Assembly (NCBI GenBank): GCA_963705255.1
Contig: OY970061.1
Coordinates: forward strand, 1,856,001-1,920,000
Source: an uncultured Methanoregulaceae archaeon
GTDB lineage: Archaea; Halobacteriota; Methanomicrobia; Methanomicrobiales; Methanospirillaceae
Reading direction: 5' to 3'
DNA: 64,000 bases
In this document: positions 11,380 to 21,009 of the stretch, one piece after another
How positions within the stretch are numbered: position 1 is the first letter of the stretch
How the letters are laid out: each line of letters begins with the position of its first letter
The notes under the pieces: generated by a model
Seen by the model: only the letters and a program-made list of their open reading frames with translations
The model's database searches: none
Told to the model about the DNA's origin: nothing
Program-made: the position numbers and the translations under genes

Positions 11380-12214
11380 TAAAAAATAATCGTTTTTCCA
11401 TTTCCAGGGGGTTTCCGGGTATATTCCTGCCACGACCGTCTTTTTGTGTATACCAGATCCCTTTTCACATGGTACCCCACCCCCGGAGGCATTCCAGAGA
11501 GCCGGACCGGCAGCAAAGGGTTCACACACTATGCTGGACAGCAGGGTGCAAAAGCACCCGGATGAGGGCCTTTCTGCCCGAATGCCACCCGACCACGGAC
11601 ATAACCCCAAAAGATAGATTAAACCGGGATATTCGTTAAAAAAATTGATATATTGTATCTTTTTCATTTCATCCCTTTTCAATAAAATTAAATAGGCCAT
11701 GTTCTAAGTATATGGTTACACGTGACAAGGATCTCCCGCATCGGGATTGTCATGCCGGGGTATGGTGAACAAGGGTGATCCGGATAAAACCAAACAAACC
11801 AGCAATTTCACCGGAAGTGAGGTCTTTTCGCGCCATACGCAGACTGAACCTTAACCGCACCTATATGCCTCTGAAGATTGGTGCGATAGTGGGGTATATC
11901 CTCCTTGGTATGCTGTCAGCATCCACCTCCATGTTCGGTATCCTCGTCGGCGCGGCCCTCCGCATCGTAGGGTTATAACCGGTACTATTCATCTTTTCAG
12001 GGATGTCTCTTTTTGGTCCGGCGAATTTTCTGGATCACGGCAGGGCAGAAGGCAACAGCCGGGCATCGTGCGTGCCACGTGAACGGTATGGGATGGATCC
12101 CTCGGGATCCGGGATCGCTATTGAGACTGTAGGAAAAATGCAAGGATCCCCCGGATAACCCCCTCTATATTCAGTGGTTTCCCGGAAAAAACACAGGTGA
12201 TCCAGGAAGATCGA

Positions 12215-12655
12215 TCAGACCACCGTCACCGTTCCCGGTTCATTCATCTGGACCAGACACGTGTAGGGATATACCCCCGGAGTATCAAACTTCTGGCTGA
12301 AAGACTGGCCTGAGCTGATGAGAGGGGATTGGAACTGCCTATCGGCAAACTGGATCCGGTGTGCGGTGCCGGTGTCTTCATTAGACCACCTGACCGTCGA
12401 ACCTACGCCTACGGTTATGTCTGGCTGGCTGAGCCGGTTATTTATGATCGTAATATCCGGTTCCGAAGGTGTTATTTCCGCGGTCACGAGAGACGTCGGC
12501 TGATGCGCTGGTGTGGTGGGTTTTGCCGTCGTTACTATCGGTGTCGGGGCAGGCGTCGCGGACTGCGTAGCCGGGGGTGAAGGGGATACCCCGGTGCATC
12601 CGCAGGAAAAAACCAGAAAAGCGGCCATGAACAGGAGCACAAGGATTCTTTTCAT
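12215..12655 (-). CDS. cupredoxin/plastocyanin-like lipoprotein
   Basis: Lipobox-like FSCGC, Pro/Thr linker, GSTVRWSN..AHRI, FDTPGVYPYTC. Start ATG 12655. Confidence 0.8.
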   Translation of the reverse strand: MKRILVLLFMAAFLVFSCGCTGVSPSPPATQSATPAPTPIVTTAKPTTPAHQPTSLVTAEITPSEPDITIINNRLSQPDITVGVGSTVRWSNEDTGTAHRIQFADRQFQSPLISSGQSFSQKFDTPGVYPYTCLVQMNEPGTVTVV

Positions 12656-12677
12656 AGATGTACCTCGATAGTATGCC

Positions 12678-14843
12678 TTATAAAAAGTGATCTTCCTCCC
12701 CGTGGATGCCACCGGTCTCCGGAACCTGCAGGGTTTTTATGGCCATTTCTTCCATCCCGGCCATAAACTCCCCGATATGGTAATGGTCCGACCACACTAA
12801 TTCACAGAACATGGGTGCAGGGAGCAGCCGTCCAAATTTCCAGTTGTCCGGGGGCGGGAGGGGGAGCAGGACACCGATTTCGTGCCGGTCAAGAGTCCTG
12901 ATGGTCCGCAGCTCATCTACAATTCTTTCCGTGGCACCGGTGCTGCCCGCCCCGGTAATCCTGACAATAAAATCATTGTACCTCACCCGTGCTTTGCCAC
13001 CGAGGCGTTTCCGGAGTACGAAGGCCAGCACCCGGTTGAACCTGCTTCCGTTCATGGAATAGATGAGAACCCCCGGCCTTCCGGGATCTCGTTTTCCGAT
13101 GACGTGCAGCCCGGCCTGATCGATAGCTTCCGGAATTTTTACGAGTGTTTTCTGCAGGGCATCACGCTCATCCGCCCCCAGCGGCAATACCGAGTCACGT
13201 CGTGCCAGGATCTGCTGTACCTTACGGCAGACCAGGGATGTAAGTCCTCCTTCACCGCTCCCGGTCCAGAAGGTACGCGATGTTTCGGAACCGGATGGGA
13301 CGACAACCACGAGATTGTGCCCTTCATCACACTTTATCATCGTCCAGGTACGACCGCCAAGCGAGATCTCCCCGGCATCATGGCTGTTGACAAAGCGTGC
13401 ATCAAGGTTCCCGACCACGTCCCCCTCCGGGGTCACGGCACGGTACTCGCCGCCCCCGGTTATCACCGAATAGAGGTCTCTCCAGTTCGAACGCCCGAAC
13501 TCCCGCTCCGCTTCCGTCCCCGGCATCACCATCTCCCCGTCGGTCGCGATATATCCCGAGCTGCCAAGGTACCCGATCAGCTGGTCCAGCGTCGCCGGAG
13601 TGATCCCGGAAAATACGGGATATGAGAGCATATCCGAACGGATCTTCCTGCGGCTCACTCTCGGGTGGTTGTGGAGGTAGAGGAAGACCTGCTGGAGAAG
13701 GACATTGTAGGGTCTTTTTTGCGGGACGAGATCCTCGACCTCGCCGTTCATCGCGCATTCGATGACCGCAATACTGCAAAGGAGTTCGCACGGGCCCGCG
13801 AGCACCCACGCGACGTTCGCAGGCCTGCCGCGCCTCCCGCTCCTGCCCATCCTCTGGAGAAACGAGGAGACTGAATCGGGAGGGCCGACCTGGACGACAA
13901 CATCGAGGTCCCCGATATCAATCCCGAGTTCAAGGGTGCTCGTACAGATGATACAGGCACCGTCGCCGGAGGAGAACGCCTCCTCGGCCAATCTCCTTGT
14001 TTCCGGAGAGAGAGAAGAATGGTGGACATGAAGGTTCCGGACCCTGCCGGAGAGCGATCTCACCATCTCCTCCGCACCACTCCGGCTGTTCACGAACACC
14101 AGCGCTTTTCTCCCGGATACGATCCGTACCAGCGCCTCAGTCCTCCGGCTCTCTTCCGGCTCGATGATGAACCGGAAGTGTTTCTCTTGGGGGATTGCGG
14201 GGGCAACGATCACTTCGTGGCCATGGCGGCTCTCGGACAACCAGCGGAGAACCTCTCCCGGGTTTCCGGTTGTGGCGGAGAGCCCGACACGCTGCACAGC
14301 CCGCCCGGCTATCCTGTCCATCCGGCTGAGGAGGACCCTGAGGTGTACCCCCCGCTCGGATTCCACAAACGCGTGGAGCTCGTCAACGATGATGTACCGG
14401 ACCTGCCTGAGGTCTGCCGACAGGGTCGTATCCTGCAGCAGGACCTCGAGGGACTCCGGCGTAATCATCAGGAAGTGGGGGGGTTCGCCGTCCTTCCACG
14501 AACGGTCCCCCTTTGCTACGTCGCCATGCCATTTCATGACGCTCAGGGAGGTCGGGACACAGAACGCAGAAAACCGCTCCTCCTGGTCATTGATCAGTGC
14601 CTTCAAGGGTGAGAGGTAGAGGCAGGTGACCCCGGGCCGCCCGTTTTTCAGGATGTCATCTATCACGGGGATGAGCGCTGCTTCGGACTTGCCCCCTGCC
14701 GTCGGGGCGATGACCAGCACATCGTTTCCTGAAGATACGCTTGCGAACGTCCGCTCCTGCACTTCCCGGAGCTCGGTCCATTCAAACCGCTGGGCCAGCA
14801 CCTGCTGGAGCGATTCGTGCAGTGCTGAAAATACGGATGACAC
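12678..14843 (-). CDS. Lhr-like DEAD/DEAH-box helicase
   Basis: APTAGGKSE, SPLKALIND, TPESL, DELH, SAT, TSTLELGID, QRMGRSGRR. Confidence 0.9.
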   Translation of the reverse strand: MSSVFSALHESLQQVLAQRFEWTELREVQERTFASVSSGNDVLVIAPTAGGKSEAALIPVIDDILKNGRPGVTCLYLSPLKALINDQEERFSAFCVPTSLSVMKWHGDVAKGDRSWKDGEPPHFLMITPESLEVLLQDTTLSADLRQVRYIIVDELHAFVESERGVHLRVLLSRMDRIAGRAVQRVGLSATTGNPGEVLRWLSESRHGHEVIVAPAIPQEKHFRFIIEPEESRRTEALVRIVSGRKALVFVNSRSGAEEMVRSLSGRVRNLHVHHSSLSPETRRLAEEAFSSGDGACIICTSTLELGIDIGDLDVVVQVGPPDSVSSFLQRMGRSGRRGRPANVAWVLAGPCELLCSIAVIECAMNGEVEDLVPQKRPYNVLLQQVFLYLHNHPRVSRRKIRSDMLSYPVFSGITPATLDQLIGYLGSSGYIATDGEMVMPGTEAEREFGRSNWRDLYSVITGGGEYRAVTPEGDVVGNLDARFVNSHDAGEISLGGRTWTMIKCDEGHNLVVVVPSGSETSRTFWTGSGEGGLTSLVCRKVQQILARRDSVLPLGADERDALQKTLVKIPEAIDQAGLHVIGKRDPGRPGVLIYSMNGSRFNRVLAFVLRKRLGGKARVRYNDFIVRITGAGSTGATERIVDELRTIRTLDRHEIGVLLPLPPPDNWKFGRLLPAPMFCELVWSDHYHIGEFMAGMEEMAIKTLQVPETGGIHGEEDHFL

Positions 14844-15009
14844 GTTTTCGTTACCAGCGTTGTGCCTGTGGTCTTATGGTCTTTCCGGATCCGCGCGACC
14901 GGGGAGTTGCCGACGGAATGTTTGAACATCCGGCCAGGGTCTGGCGGAGAGGGCGGTTCCGCCCGCCTCCCGGGAGAAACTATTTTGTCCTGAAGGTCGA
15001 GTCATAACC

Positions 15010-15342
15010 ATGGAACTCGCACAGAAAAAGTGCACAACCTACAAGGCCGGCTCCCCGCCGCTGACCCGGAAGGAGACCCTGGAACTCCTCAATGAGGTGC
15101 CCGGCTGGTCGCTCCATAACGGGCACATCACCCGCACCTTCGGGTTTTCGGATGCTGTACAGTGCATTGCATTCTTTTCAGAAGTCACCGATCTCTCGAT
15201 GCAGGAAGGCCATTTCCCGGACATCTGCATGAAGGAGTCGCGGTTCGTGGAGGTCTCGTTTTACACCTACCCTGCCGGCGGGCTCACCCCGAACGATTTC
15301 ATCCTTGCCGCAAAGCTGAACGCAAAAGGGAAAGGCCAGTAA
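15010..15342 (+). CDS. pterin-4a-carbinolamine dehydratase family protein
   Basis: C-x-x-x...PL..LL..VPGW, EGHFPDI and GGLTPNDFILAAK; catalytic His residues are altered. Confidence 0.8.
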   Translation: MELAQKKCTTYKAGSPPLTRKETLELLNEVPGWSLHNGHITRTFGFSDAVQCIAFFSEVTDLSMQEGHFPDICMKESRFVEVSFYTYPAGGLTPNDFILAAKLNAKGKGQ

Positions 15343-15362
15343 TTTTTTTTTGGTCTACCGCA

Positions 15363-15764
15363 TCAGTCCAGCGCGAATTTCCTGATGATCTTTTCCCGGA
15401 TCGCTTCCTTGGGATACGCGCCGATGATCCGGTCTACCAGCTGCCCCTTGGAGAAGAGCATCATGGCAGGTATCGCGTCGATGTTGAACTGCATGGCGAG
15501 GCGGCGGTTGTCATCGGTGTTACACTTGCCGAACGTCACCCTGCCGGCAAACTCCTGCGAGAGCTCGTCCATGATCGGGGATATCCTCCGGCAGGGCCCG
15601 CACCATTCCGCCCAGAAATCCACCACCACGAAGGGGTGGGTGGCGATGAACTGCTGGAAATGCATCTCGTCGACATTTTGTACCCCGCCTTTTCCCGCCT
15701 GGTTCATCTTCCCGGTTATCTCCTGTATCCTCTTCTCCCGAATCCGCTGGATCTCCTCATCCAT
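15363..15764 (-). CDS. trxA: thioredoxin
   Basis: VDFWAEWCGPC; archaeal N-terminal DEEIQRIREKRI extension. Confidence 0.95.
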   Translation of the reverse strand: MDEEIQRIREKRIQEITGKMNQAGKGGVQNVDEMHFQQFIATHPFVVVDFWAEWCGPCRRISPIMDELSQEFAGRVTFGKCNTDDNRRLAMQFNIDAIPAMMLFSKGQLVDRIIGAYPKEAIREKIIRKFALD

Positions 15765-15887
15765 GTTTCACAATATACCGGCGCTTTTCATTTAATCCTA
15801 GCGAAACCACCAATGGTGGCATGAAGTGCAAAGTGAGTAAAGTATATCAGCGAATGCCATCTATATTATTACCCTGATTTGCTGGGA

Positions 15888-15962
15888 AGCGAGGTAGGGT
15901 AGTCAGGATATCCCGACGGGCTCATAACCCGTAGATCGATGGTTCAAATCCATCCCTCGCTA
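15888..15962 (+). tRNA. initiator tRNA-Met(CAT)
   Basis: A1-U72 pair (AGCGAGG/CCTCGCT), three G-C pairs ACGGG-CTCATAA-CCCGT, GGTTCAAATCC. Confidence 0.95.
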
Positions 15963-15998
15963 CTGGACTGTTCTGAAGATTTTTATCACCGAAAAAAG

Positions 15999-16807
15999 TT
16001 ATTTTCTCATTCCGATGGCGATCAATGCACCGATAACACCGATAACCGCGATCATTCCGCTCACCGGGGATTTCGTGGGTGACATGTTAAAAGGAGCCTG
16101 CGTTGCCGGGGTGCAGGTGGAATTCAGGGCTGCAAGACTCTCACGTGTACCTGAAAAGCCGGGCCACGGCAGGGTGTAATCGGGATCGATATCAAGGGAT
16201 CGCTCCAGAGCTTCCCGGGCACCCGTGCAGTTCCCGCCTGCAGCGAGGAGAACGCCTTTCACATGCCAGTAATGGGCACTTTCAGGATCAAGGGCAAGTG
16301 CCTGCTCAATTGCGGCAAGCGCCCCGGTGTTCATGCCCATGCCCTGCAGTGCCAGTGCTTTCACACTATAGGTCGCCGGGTAGGAGGCGTTGAGCGCGAT
16401 GCCGGTTTCTGCATCAGCGAGAGCAGTCTGGTAATTCCCGAGCGCGAGGTAGCCGTATCCCCGGTTGGCATACCGGACCGGTTTTGGATCCAGCAGGATG
16501 CCTTTCGACACGATATCGACCGATTTTGCGTACTGCCCCATCTTGCGGTAGCTGTAGCCCTGGATGCAGAGAAGGTCTGCATTGTCAGGGTACCATGCGA
16601 TGCCTCTTGTGGTTACGAGAAGAACATCCGTCCAGTTCCGCTCGGCTACCGCCGCTTTTGCATCGCTGATGTAGACCGAGACATTCTGCGGGGGCATTCC
16701 CGGGGAGCCTGAACCCACGGATAATGTTGCCGTGAGGGTATCCCCGGCCCCGCCGGCATGATGAGACAAATCAGGGCACCAATGATCAGCAGTTGCAGGA
16801 TTTTCAT
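15999..16807 (-). CDS. exported TPR protein with C-terminal membrane anchor (frameshift near 16748-16751)
   Basis: Signal peptide MKILQLLIIGALICLIMPA from ATG 16807 joins the TPR ORF on adding one G. C-terminus TKSPV + TM + RK resembles an archaeal sorting signal. Confidence 0.75.
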
Positions 16808-17013
16808 GGATGGTTTCCCTGTAAGTGTATTCGGTATTTGTGCCTCTTGATTTTTATTGTCGACGGTTTTGGGAGCGGTAGCTCAGGGCCTGCAGGCCAC
16901 GGAACACACACGGTTTGCCGGTCCGGATTGGGGGAGAAACCAGCACCAGTGAGGGGGAGTAAAGGCGAAGTTGACAGCAGGAACAGGAAAAGAAAGGGGA
17001 CCCGGATCTCCTG

Positions 17014-18585
17014 TCACCCGCGTTTCACCACCGTCGTCCAGTTGTTTGTGAGCAGGAGGTCCACGTCTTCATTGCACGTGTCGCAGGCGATCTTCGGGCT
17101 CTGCACGACCATGCGGAACATCACGGCATTGCCCGGGTCGGGGACGATCGGGATATCGACATCGTTCTGGATGATGTCCCGGTACGGGTCGAGGCTGCCG
17201 AAGTAGTATTCCTTCCACCGGTGGACCTGATCGGGTGTCGCGTTGTATGCCCAGTCGCCCCCCTCCGCAATGGTCACGTCCACCGGGACCCAACCATACC
17301 CGACAAGGTAGTACTCAGCCCAGAAGTGGGTTCCTTCGAGACCCGGCACGAGCTGGTACCCGCCGACGGCCCGGGCCGGGATGCCGAGCGAGCGGCAGAG
17401 TGCGGCAAAATACATGCTCTGGCTCCCGCAGTCGCCAATGCCGGTATCGAGGACGTAGGTGGATTCGGGGACGCCGGCCGCATCGAGATAGATATGCGGG
17501 GCGTGGCTGTACGGCAGGGTATTGACGATGTACCAGTAGATCATCCGGGCCTGCAGGTACGGGTTGGTCTCGTTGCCCACGATCTCCTGTGCCTTCTGCT
17601 TCATCTCCGGGGTGATGACGATGTTCTTCCCGGAAGCTGTATACTTCAGGTATTCGGGGTCGCTCGTATTGTAGGCCCTGACTTTTGCAGGGTCGATAAC
17701 GAAGCGCTGCTCGTGCTGGATGAACCCGTACCTGGTGGTGATGTTGAGGTCCTCTCCGGTCAGGTTGGAAAGCGGGACCTCCATGTACGCAAGACCGATG
17801 TCAGCCCGGGTGTCGGGCATAAATTTCACATACTGCACCGGCTCGATGGAGATGACGGTCACGTTCGTCTGGGAGCCTGAATTGATGGGTGCCGGGACCC
17901 AGAGTCTGAGAACTCCGGTCTTCGGGAGGCTGTCCACCGGGACCGAGAGCTGCTGGGTGATTTCAAAGGTGACCGGTGACCGGTAGGGTCCGCCGGCCGT
18001 AACAGGTGGGGCGAGCGTGAGGTTCTTCACTTCGTCAAAGAGGGGATCCCTGCCCGCAACCGGCAGGTCAAGCGCGAGGTCCTTCACCTCGTCATAGAAG
18101 GGGGATTTGCCCGACGCTGCGGTCATAATGCGCATCAGTGCCGGGTCGTGGTACCGGATGTTGGCGACGGTATCGTAGAAGAACCGTTCCTCTCCGTCGC
18201 TCGTTATCCTTGCCGTATCCCGGGCCGAGAGCCAAGCGTTCACCTGGTCGGCAGAGGCGTCCGGGAAGGCTGCGCGGACGGCGGCTTCTGCATCGGTGCG
18301 GTTGAGCGGGAACTCGATGATCGTGCGGTACGCGATGAACGCGTGGTTGAGGGCGTCCCGGGCAGCACTCGTATTCCCGGCCGCGGTGTACCGAGTGTAC
18401 GAGTCGTTATAGAGCCGGGCGGCGGTCTCGTAGTTCGTGTTCCGGTACGCGAGGTCGGCCTGTGCACGGAGCGCGTCTCCCGATGCTGCGGTGGAGGCAG
18501 GCTGCCCCGTGGTGCAGCCGGCGGCGAGCAGGGCAGCGGCGATCAGGACGGTCATTGCCAGGAAGAAGACGGGTTGTTGTCTCAT
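17014..18585 (-). CDS. transglutaminase-like domain lipoprotein
   Basis: LAAGC lipobox, LRLWVPAP, catalytic triad GDC / HFWAE / WVPVD. Confidence 0.85.
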   Translation of the reverse strand: MRQQPVFFLAMTVLIAAALLAAGCTTGQPASTAASGDALRAQADLAYRNTNYETAARLYNDSYTRYTAAGNTSAARDALNHAFIAYRTIIEFPLNRTDAEAAVRAAFPDASADQVNAWLSARDTARITSDGEERFFYDTVANIRYHDPALMRIMTAASGKSPFYDEVKDLALDLPVAGRDPLFDEVKNLTLAPPVTAGGPYRSPVTFEITQQLSVPVDSLPKTGVLRLWVPAPINSGSQTNVTVISIEPVQYVKFMPDTRADIGLAYMEVPLSNLTGEDLNITTRYGFIQHEQRFVIDPAKVRAYNTSDPEYLKYTASGKNIVITPEMKQKAQEIVGNETNPYLQARMIYWYIVNTLPYSHAPHIYLDAAGVPESTYVLDTGIGDCGSQSMYFAALCRSLGIPARAVGGYQLVPGLEGTHFWAEYYLVGYGWVPVDVTIAEGGDWAYNATPDQVHRWKEYYFGSLDPYRDIIQNDVDIPIVPDPGNAVMFRMVVQSPKIACDTCNEDVDLLLTNNWTTVVKRG

Positions 18586-19339
18586 GGGTCACCTTGAACG
18601 GATGGGGTATAGTAAAAGGAGGCGGGGGTGGTACTTGAAGGTAGTGAAATGAGCGTGGGGTGGGGGAGGTCGATCCGGAAAAAGGGGGTTCTTTCATTTT
18701 CCAGATACTAAACCCCATCGAAAAACCGGGACGATTGCAGGCCCGCTAAATTGCAGGTTGAAAAAGTGATAAATTCAGGTAATTTCACCAAATACCAGTT
18801 TTAATCAGGATTTTCCACGCGCGTGGACACACCTTCCGGTGCAGAAAAAATGGCCTCCCTCCGTTTGCCAAAAGGAGCCCCATTTGGGCTCCGATGACTT
18901 CAACTATCCGGTGTGGGGGGGGCGTGGTACAAAATCGGGAGAGTCCCGGCCTCCCGGACGGCCCGGATTGGACCGATCTACTGATTGGGTTGTGCGGCTG
19001 GAAGATTTCCCGTGCCGATCGTGATCGTTCCGGATTTTTCCGGTCCGAACCGGTACGGGCCAAAAATAATTTTGGATCGATCTGAGTTGCGGCAAATTTT
19101 TTTTTTTGGCTAACATCTGATGAGGCAAAAAAATTTCCGACGCGGTTGGGACGTGTCTGACCCTGCGTGTTCAGATATGAAGAGCCATTTTTGGGAGGGG
19201 GGCCCGATGATTTTTTTGGATGCAATCTGAGTTGAGACGGAAAATTTTTTGGCGCGAGGGGAGATGAGCAAAATTATTTTTGGAGGCTTACCGAGCCCGA
19301 GCCGGAAAATTTTACCTGATTAGGGGAGCTGTCCGCTCC

Positions 19340-20014
19340 CTACCCTTTCCTCGCCACCGTCACGATGAACGTCCGGTTCCGGTACACCACGTCCACGTCA
19401 GCGAACCCGCACTCCCGCAGCCACCCGAGCTGGACTGACAACTTCTCGTTCTTGTCCAGCGTATCCCGGCGCTTCAGGATCTCGGTGTGCTGGGATTCAG
19501 TCATCGGCCCGCTCCTCAGGAAATCGTTCCAGTAGTCAAGGTACCGCTGCTGTAAATAGGGGGTCTCCCCATCCGCCTGGTCGGCATTGACAAAGATCCC
19601 CCCGGGCCGCAGCACTGCATAAATCCTCCGGAAGAGCTCCCGCTTGTCCTCTGCTGCAAGGTGATGGATCGACAGTGCCGAGCAGATGATATCGTAAGGC
19701 CCGCCCAGCTCGCCTGTAGAATAGTCGCTCACAACGTACCTGGTTTCCGGCCGGTCGGCAAACCGCTTCTTTGCCATCTCCAGCATGTTCTCGGAGATAT
19801 CCATCAGGGTCAGCCGGGCATCCGGGAACTTCTCCAGAAGAAACGCGCTCAAAAGACCGGTACCCGCCCCGACATCGAGAATTTCCGGCTGTGCCCGGGA
19901 TTCCATTGCCCAGACTGCTGCACCATAATACTGCCGCATGTCGGGGATGATATACTCCCGCTGCGAGTCATAGTCCTGCGCGAACCTGTTGAACGCCTCC
20001 CTGATATGCTCCAT
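19340..20014 (-). CDS. class I SAM-dependent methyltransferase
   Basis: ILDVGAGTG, SALSIHH, LRPGGIFVNAD. Confidence 0.9.
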   Translation of the reverse strand: MEHIREAFNRFAQDYDSQREYIIPDMRQYYGAAVWAMESRAQPEILDVGAGTGLLSAFLLEKFPDARLTLMDISENMLEMAKKRFADRPETRYVVSDYSTGELGGPYDIICSALSIHHLAAEDKRELFRRIYAVLRPGGIFVNADQADGETPYLQQRYLDYWNDFLRSGPMTESQHTEILKRRDTLDKNEKLSVQLGWLRECGFADVDVVYRNRTFIVTVARKG

Positions 20015-20049
20015 GAAAAGTCCTGCCCCGGATTCGGTGGTGACCAGAA

Positions 20050-20826
20050 TCACCTATAGGTTTTCTTATTCTCCTTAAGGGACATAACCGAGGCAATGAG
20101 GCGGTCGTGGTTGTCCCTGATCGGGCGGATGGTGAGGATCACCTTCCTGCGCTTCGAGGTCGTTGTCACAATGGAGATGCCGGCATCATAGATGGAGCCT
20201 GCCATATGCTTGGTGGCCGCGGTGACCGGGTCGCTGACCTCTTCCCCATTCGTCTCGCTTACGAACATCATGACATCCCGCCAGTGCCGCATAAATGCCT
20301 CTTTGAACGATTTGTCCACAAACCACGAGGCATAGGTATTGAACAATATGACCCGGCCTCGTTTGTCCAGAATAATGATCGCCTCACTCTCACTATCCAT
20401 CATCTTCCTGGGGTTGCCAACAGGCAGATTCCCCAGCATCCTGATCCGGTCAGCGTAAATCGACAGCGCGAGATCCACGCTTGCCGTGATCTCGATTGCA
20501 GCGAACGGTTTGAAGAGGATCCCGCAGGGCTGTGCGTACGTGATGCGTGCCACCTTCGTCTCATCGGAGGTCCCCGCGATGAAGACGACCGGGACATGGA
20601 AGAGCTGGAAGATATAATGGGCCGCATCAATCGCATCCATCAGCCCGGTGAGGTTCACATCCATGACGACGAGATCGGGGGCCGCATCAATTGTTTTTAC
20701 AAGTGCTTCTTCACTGTTCCTGATCGTCCCCGCGATACTGTATCCTTTATTCTGGAGCATCGAGGACATGAGGTTTACCATGATGACATCGTCGGCGGCA
20801 AACAGGATACGGGGGGCGCGGGGCAT
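20050..20826 (-). CDS. receiver (REC) + PAS domain protein
   Basis: PDLVVMDVNL and KPF receiver motifs; EAIIILDKRGRVILFN PAS start. Confidence 0.85.
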   Translation of the reverse strand: MPRAPRILFAADDVIMVNLMSSMLQNKGYSIAGTIRNSEEALVKTIDAAPDLVVMDVNLTGLMDAIDAAHYIFQLFHVPVVFIAGTSDETKVARITYAQPCGILFKPFAAIEITASVDLALSIYADRIRMLGNLPVGNPRKMMDSESEAIIILDKRGRVILFNTYASWFVDKSFKEAFMRHWRDVMMFVSETNGEEVSDPVTAATKHMAGSIYDAGISIVTTTSKRRKVILTIRPIRDNHDRLIASVMSLKENKKTYR

Positions 20827-21009
20827 GGGGCACCAGATGAGCGATCAGCCTATGCTGCTAGTATCAGTATCTGATGGTTAAAAAATTGATTCCGGGAAAC
20901 CCTGCTGCAAGGAAAAAAGTTCATGAAGGGGTGCACGCCTCAAACGGAGAAAAATATTCCGGCCTGTCGGGTTCTCTTCACCGGCGGCTTACGCTTCAAA
21001 GGACCCGGA

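Noticed and set aside
11390-11760. Replication origin in the AT-rich gap after tRNA-Ser
   Set aside because: No convincing repeated ORB elements and no cdc6/orc1 gene nearby.
18785-19225. 146-aa ORF and overlapping ORFs in the 18.6-19.3 kb gap, and ORFs at 46305-46989
   Set aside because: Low-complexity translations of homopolymer- or palindrome-rich DNA with no protein-like features.
15888-19335. Integrated element at tRNA-iMet or tRNA-Ser
   Set aside because: No integrase and no duplicated tRNA 3' end (att site) seen downstream.
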